Of a stretch of DNA of 64,000 nucleotides, positions 61,516 to 64,000 are shown one piece after another. The DNA is from an uncultured Nitrososphaerales archaeon (GTDB lineage Archaea; Thermoproteota; Nitrososphaeria; Nitrososphaerales; Nitrososphaeraceae), in the NCBI GenBank assembly GCA_963695855.1, contig CAVOHZ010000010.1, positions 768,001 to 832,000 of the forward strand, read 5' to 3'. The notes below the pieces were generated by a model. That model did not search any database and was not told the origin of the DNA. It worked only from the letters and a program-made list of their open reading frames with translations. Both the position numbers and the translations under genes were made by a program. Numbering within the stretch: the first letter of the stretch is position 1; each line of letters starts with the position of its first letter.

Positions 61516-61768
61516 AAACAATTTAAGACTTGAGTCCCATCAAAAATAATGTAAGATAGAAAAAGACTTTCATAATTCAGTGACATGTTAATATTTTGAT
61601 GTTTTAGAATTATAGAGATTATCTAATAAGATCTCGAGTATAATAGATTTATAAGATAATTAAGTCATATAAAAACCCGCACAACAAATATGTTATATCA
61701 TAAAAACTAAGTTAAAATATATTGTATTTTCGAATTGTCTAATAACATCTACGTCAGTTTAGTTCGAT

Positions 61769-62153
61769 ATGTATTTCAATAGTAATAGATATGAAATTAA
61801 TAACAAGTTGTTATTTTTTCGTTTTTTACATTCTTTCCAATTTCATTAATTACACTTACAGTAATACTGATGACATCCAGTCCCTTTGTTTATGCACAAG
61901 AAGAGAATAACATCTTAGATAAAAAAAGGTATACAAAACATCATCGATAACAATACTAATAACAATACAAATCTCTATAACAAAACACTAGAAATTAACA
62001 AATTGCGTGATATTGCTAAAGAATATTACATTTCTGGTGATTATCCAAAAACACTAACTTACTATGAAAGAGTACTTGCTATAGATGCAAGTGATACAGG
62101 TGCACTAAACGACAAAGGAAATGCACTCTATGCCCTTGGAAACCCAAAGGAGG
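61769..62153 (+). pseudogene. Frameshifted, truncated paralogue of the TPR gene at 57145
   Basis: Starts ATGTATTTCAAT as at 57145, shares TTTGTxTATGCA..AGAAGAGAATAA and AAGGTATACAAAACA..ATCGATAA, has broken frames, and stops after ~1.5 TPRs at GGAAACCCAAAGGAGG; includes track ORF 62003..62200. Confidence 0.85.
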
Positions 62154-62170
62154 AATTTGAAGATTACTGG

Positions 62171-62335
62171 TTATATCTGTGTCATACCTCCGTCAACTGA
62201 CAGGTCTATACCAGTGATATAGCTGCTTTCGTCAGATGCAAGGAATGACACTACTTTTGCTACTTCAACAGGACTGCCCATCCTCCCCATTGGCACTGCG
62301 GTTATTATATTCTTCTTGAATTGCTCGACTTGCAC
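62171..62335 (-). pseudogene. 3' fragment of a short-chain dehydrogenase/reductase gene
   Basis: [37 protein letters not shown] is the SDR C-terminus; the Rossmann and YxxxK parts are absent. Confidence 0.88.
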
Positions 62336-62723
62336 CATTGAGTTACCGCTACTCCAAAAGGGTTTTTTCTGGGAAGCCTTGCTGTCTTTTAGTAGGAGAA
62401 AAATTACTCTTGGTATAGATTGATACATAAACATAATGACTGTTATCTTTAAAAGTCTCAATTTTCTATCCGATAAACTCTTTCTTGTAATTTATATGAT
62501 AACTTAATTACACAAATAAATATACTGGGATTTTAACTGGTTCTACTATTGAATGTCAATGATATTTATAAAAATGATGTGAATAGATATTTATAAAAAC
62601 ATTCTTTATTTCTAAATGAGAATATTCTTTTATTTGCTTGCTTGAGATTGATATATTTTTCTAATGACTTATTATTATCACAGGACGAGAACTTAAATAG
62701 AATGGAATTATATAATCTTTACA

Positions 62724-62906
62724 ATGTTATCTGTTTCATGTAAAGATGTTGGAGTGGACTGTGATTTTAGGGGAACTGGCGAAACAGAAGAAGAATTAAT
62801 GAATAGTTTGGTTGATCATGTAATTAAGGACCATGACTACACTCGTGAACATGTGATGAATCCTGAAATACAGGAAAAGATAAAAACCAAAATTAAACAA
62901 TCTTAA
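62724..62906 (+). CDS. DUF1059-like small metal-binding protein
   Basis: SCKDVGVDCDF...GETEEELM.....H...DH. Confidence 0.88.
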   Translation: MLSVSCKDVGVDCDFRGTGETEEELMNSLVDHVIKDHDYTREHVMNPEIQEKIKTKIKQS

Positions 62907-63052
62907 AAATATCGGACTATGCTGTCAAAAGTTAATTTTCAATTACTAAACCACTCTTTATTTATTTTTTAGGATTCTTTCATGCTATCTGTTTTTTTAG
63001 TTGTTGATCCTGAAGTTAATTTGATCAATATCATTGGTTTAAAAGAGAATAA

Positions 63053-64000
63053 TTGAGGACTACTCTATACTTCTTTTTAGGAGTAATTATTACAATAATC
63101 ATAGGAAATTCTATTATTATTTTTGCTGACTCAGACAGTAAAATAATCTATTCAAATTGGATATTGATAACAAATTCTCTTATTGCTGCAGGACTTTCTG
63201 CAATGATTTTCATTAAGAATAAAGATAGTAATGAAGAAGATAAAACTAATATTCTTCTAACACTAGGTCTTGTTTTCTGGTTTATAGCAAATATAATCTG
63301 GGCATATTATGAATTAGTACTTGATATTGTATCCCCGGTACCTTCTTTAGCAGATTTATTCTTGTTATCTGCATATGGATTTTTAATATATAGATTACTA
63401 TGTATATATAGAAAACTTGGTCACATTACAAATAAAAAAATTCTGCTTTTACTAATCTCTGGTTCAGGTTTATTTTTGATATATATATTAAACTTGACTC
63501 TTGATCTTACGGAATTATCAAATTTCAGAGGTCTTATGCTTTTTGTTGTTACTATAGCATATCCTACATTAAATTCCATTCTAACTGTTCTTGCATTGCT
63601 GATCCTCCTTAGGATAAAGAATGAAAAACATCGCTTTATTCCTTGGATCTGTGAATTGGTTGGATTTTTAGCAATAGTTGTAGGAGATAGTTGGTTTGCA
63701 ATTATTGTTCTAACAGCATTTGTTGAACAGTTATGGATGTCTGCATTATTATTGTCTGCACATTATCTGTTAATTGCAGGTGGCCTTATATGGTATCTTA
63801 GATATTATATCAAATGGCAGTCAAAGGACCTCATTTACAAAATTATAACAAATACGAGGAGAAGAAAAAAAAATAAAACTTTCAAAAAGATTCTGCTTAG
63901 TTCTACTATACTAATATCTTTTCTAATATTTGCTAGTGTTTATTACACAAATATTTATAGCGGTGACCAAGGTAACGAATTCTTTATTAAAAAAAGTTCT
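63053..64000 (+). CDS. Multi-pass membrane (sensor-like) protein, partial; runs off the right edge (not in the ORF track)
   Basis: TTG at 63053 after an in-frame TAA; reads LRTTLYFFLGVIITII...LGLVFWFIANIIWAYYELVLDIVSPVPSLADLFLLSAYGF..., with many hydrophobic helices. Confidence 0.8.
   Translation, partial: MRTTLYFFLGVIITIIIGNSIIIFADSDSKIIYSNWILITNSLIAAGLSAMIFIKNKDSNEEDKTNILLTLGLVFWFIANIIWAYYELVLDIVSPVPSLADLFLLSAYGFLIYRLLCIYRKLGHITNKKILLLLISGSGLFLIYILNLTLDLTELSNFRGLMLFVVTIAYPTLNSILTVLALLILLRIKNEKHRFIPWICELVGFLAIVVGDSWFAIIVLTAFVEQLWMSALLLSAHYLLIAGGLIWYLRYYIKWQSKDLIYKIITNTRRRKKNKTFKKILLSSTILISFLIFASVYYTNIYSGDQGNEFFIKKSS

Noticed and set aside
2164-61586. Numerous short track ORFs antisense to or nested in well-supported genes (e.g. 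2164..2349, 13768..14121, 19855..20085, 33429..33701, 49421..49939, 60972..61292)
   Set aside because: They are shadow frames of real genes with no recognisable motifs of their own.
57145-62153. Diversity-generating retroelement (template/variable repeat pair) involving the two TPR copies
   Set aside because: Differences include indels and non-adenine changes, lie at the 5' end, and no reverse transcriptase is in the window.
62336-62461. N-terminal part of track ORF 62171..62461 as a real protein start
   Set aside because: It has no SDR features; it looks like unrelated sequence fused in frame to the SDR fragment.
54960-64000. Complete provirus or att-bounded element at tRNA-Thr
   Set aside because: No duplicate of the tRNA 3' end and no integrase, capsid or replication gene were seen; only a decayed island can be supported.

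Overview
AT-rich archaeal chromosome segment whose gene content (egsA, cofC/cofD, archaeal cobalamin cluster, rps19e/rpl44e/rps27e, Orc1/Cdc6, TFB, 3-hydroxybutyryl-CoA dehydrogenase-like gene, thaumarchaeal-type hypotheticals) points to an ammonia-oxidising Nitrososphaeraceae-like archaeon; this is an inference from gene content only. Positions 1-54900 are mostly housekeeping genes. They are interrupted by an eroded IS5-like transposase just after tRNA-Val(CAC), a complete 1184-bp DDE insertion sequence with 17-bp terminal inverted repeats and an 8-bp target duplication, and a gene-free AT-rich 1.1-kb region next to cdc6 that is a candidate replication origin. After tRNA-Thr(GGT) (~55000 to the end) lies an accessory, partly decayed island. 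It holds a PH/SHOCT gene, a frameshifted Zn-ribbon gene with tandem palindromic sites and a ribbon-helix-helix remnant, a 1010-aa exported TPR protein with an N-X-T sequon in nearly every repeat, a membrane-anchored neighbour, a truncated paralogue of the TPR gene, an SDR fragment, a DUF1059-like gene and a multi-pass membrane gene that runs off the end. Several genes missing from the ORF track were read by hand: two 46-aa membrane peptides, a 58-aa tautomerase, a frameshifted M24 peptidase and the terminal membrane protein. No CRISPR array, integrase or rRNA was seen. All family assignments come from motif recognition, not database searches.
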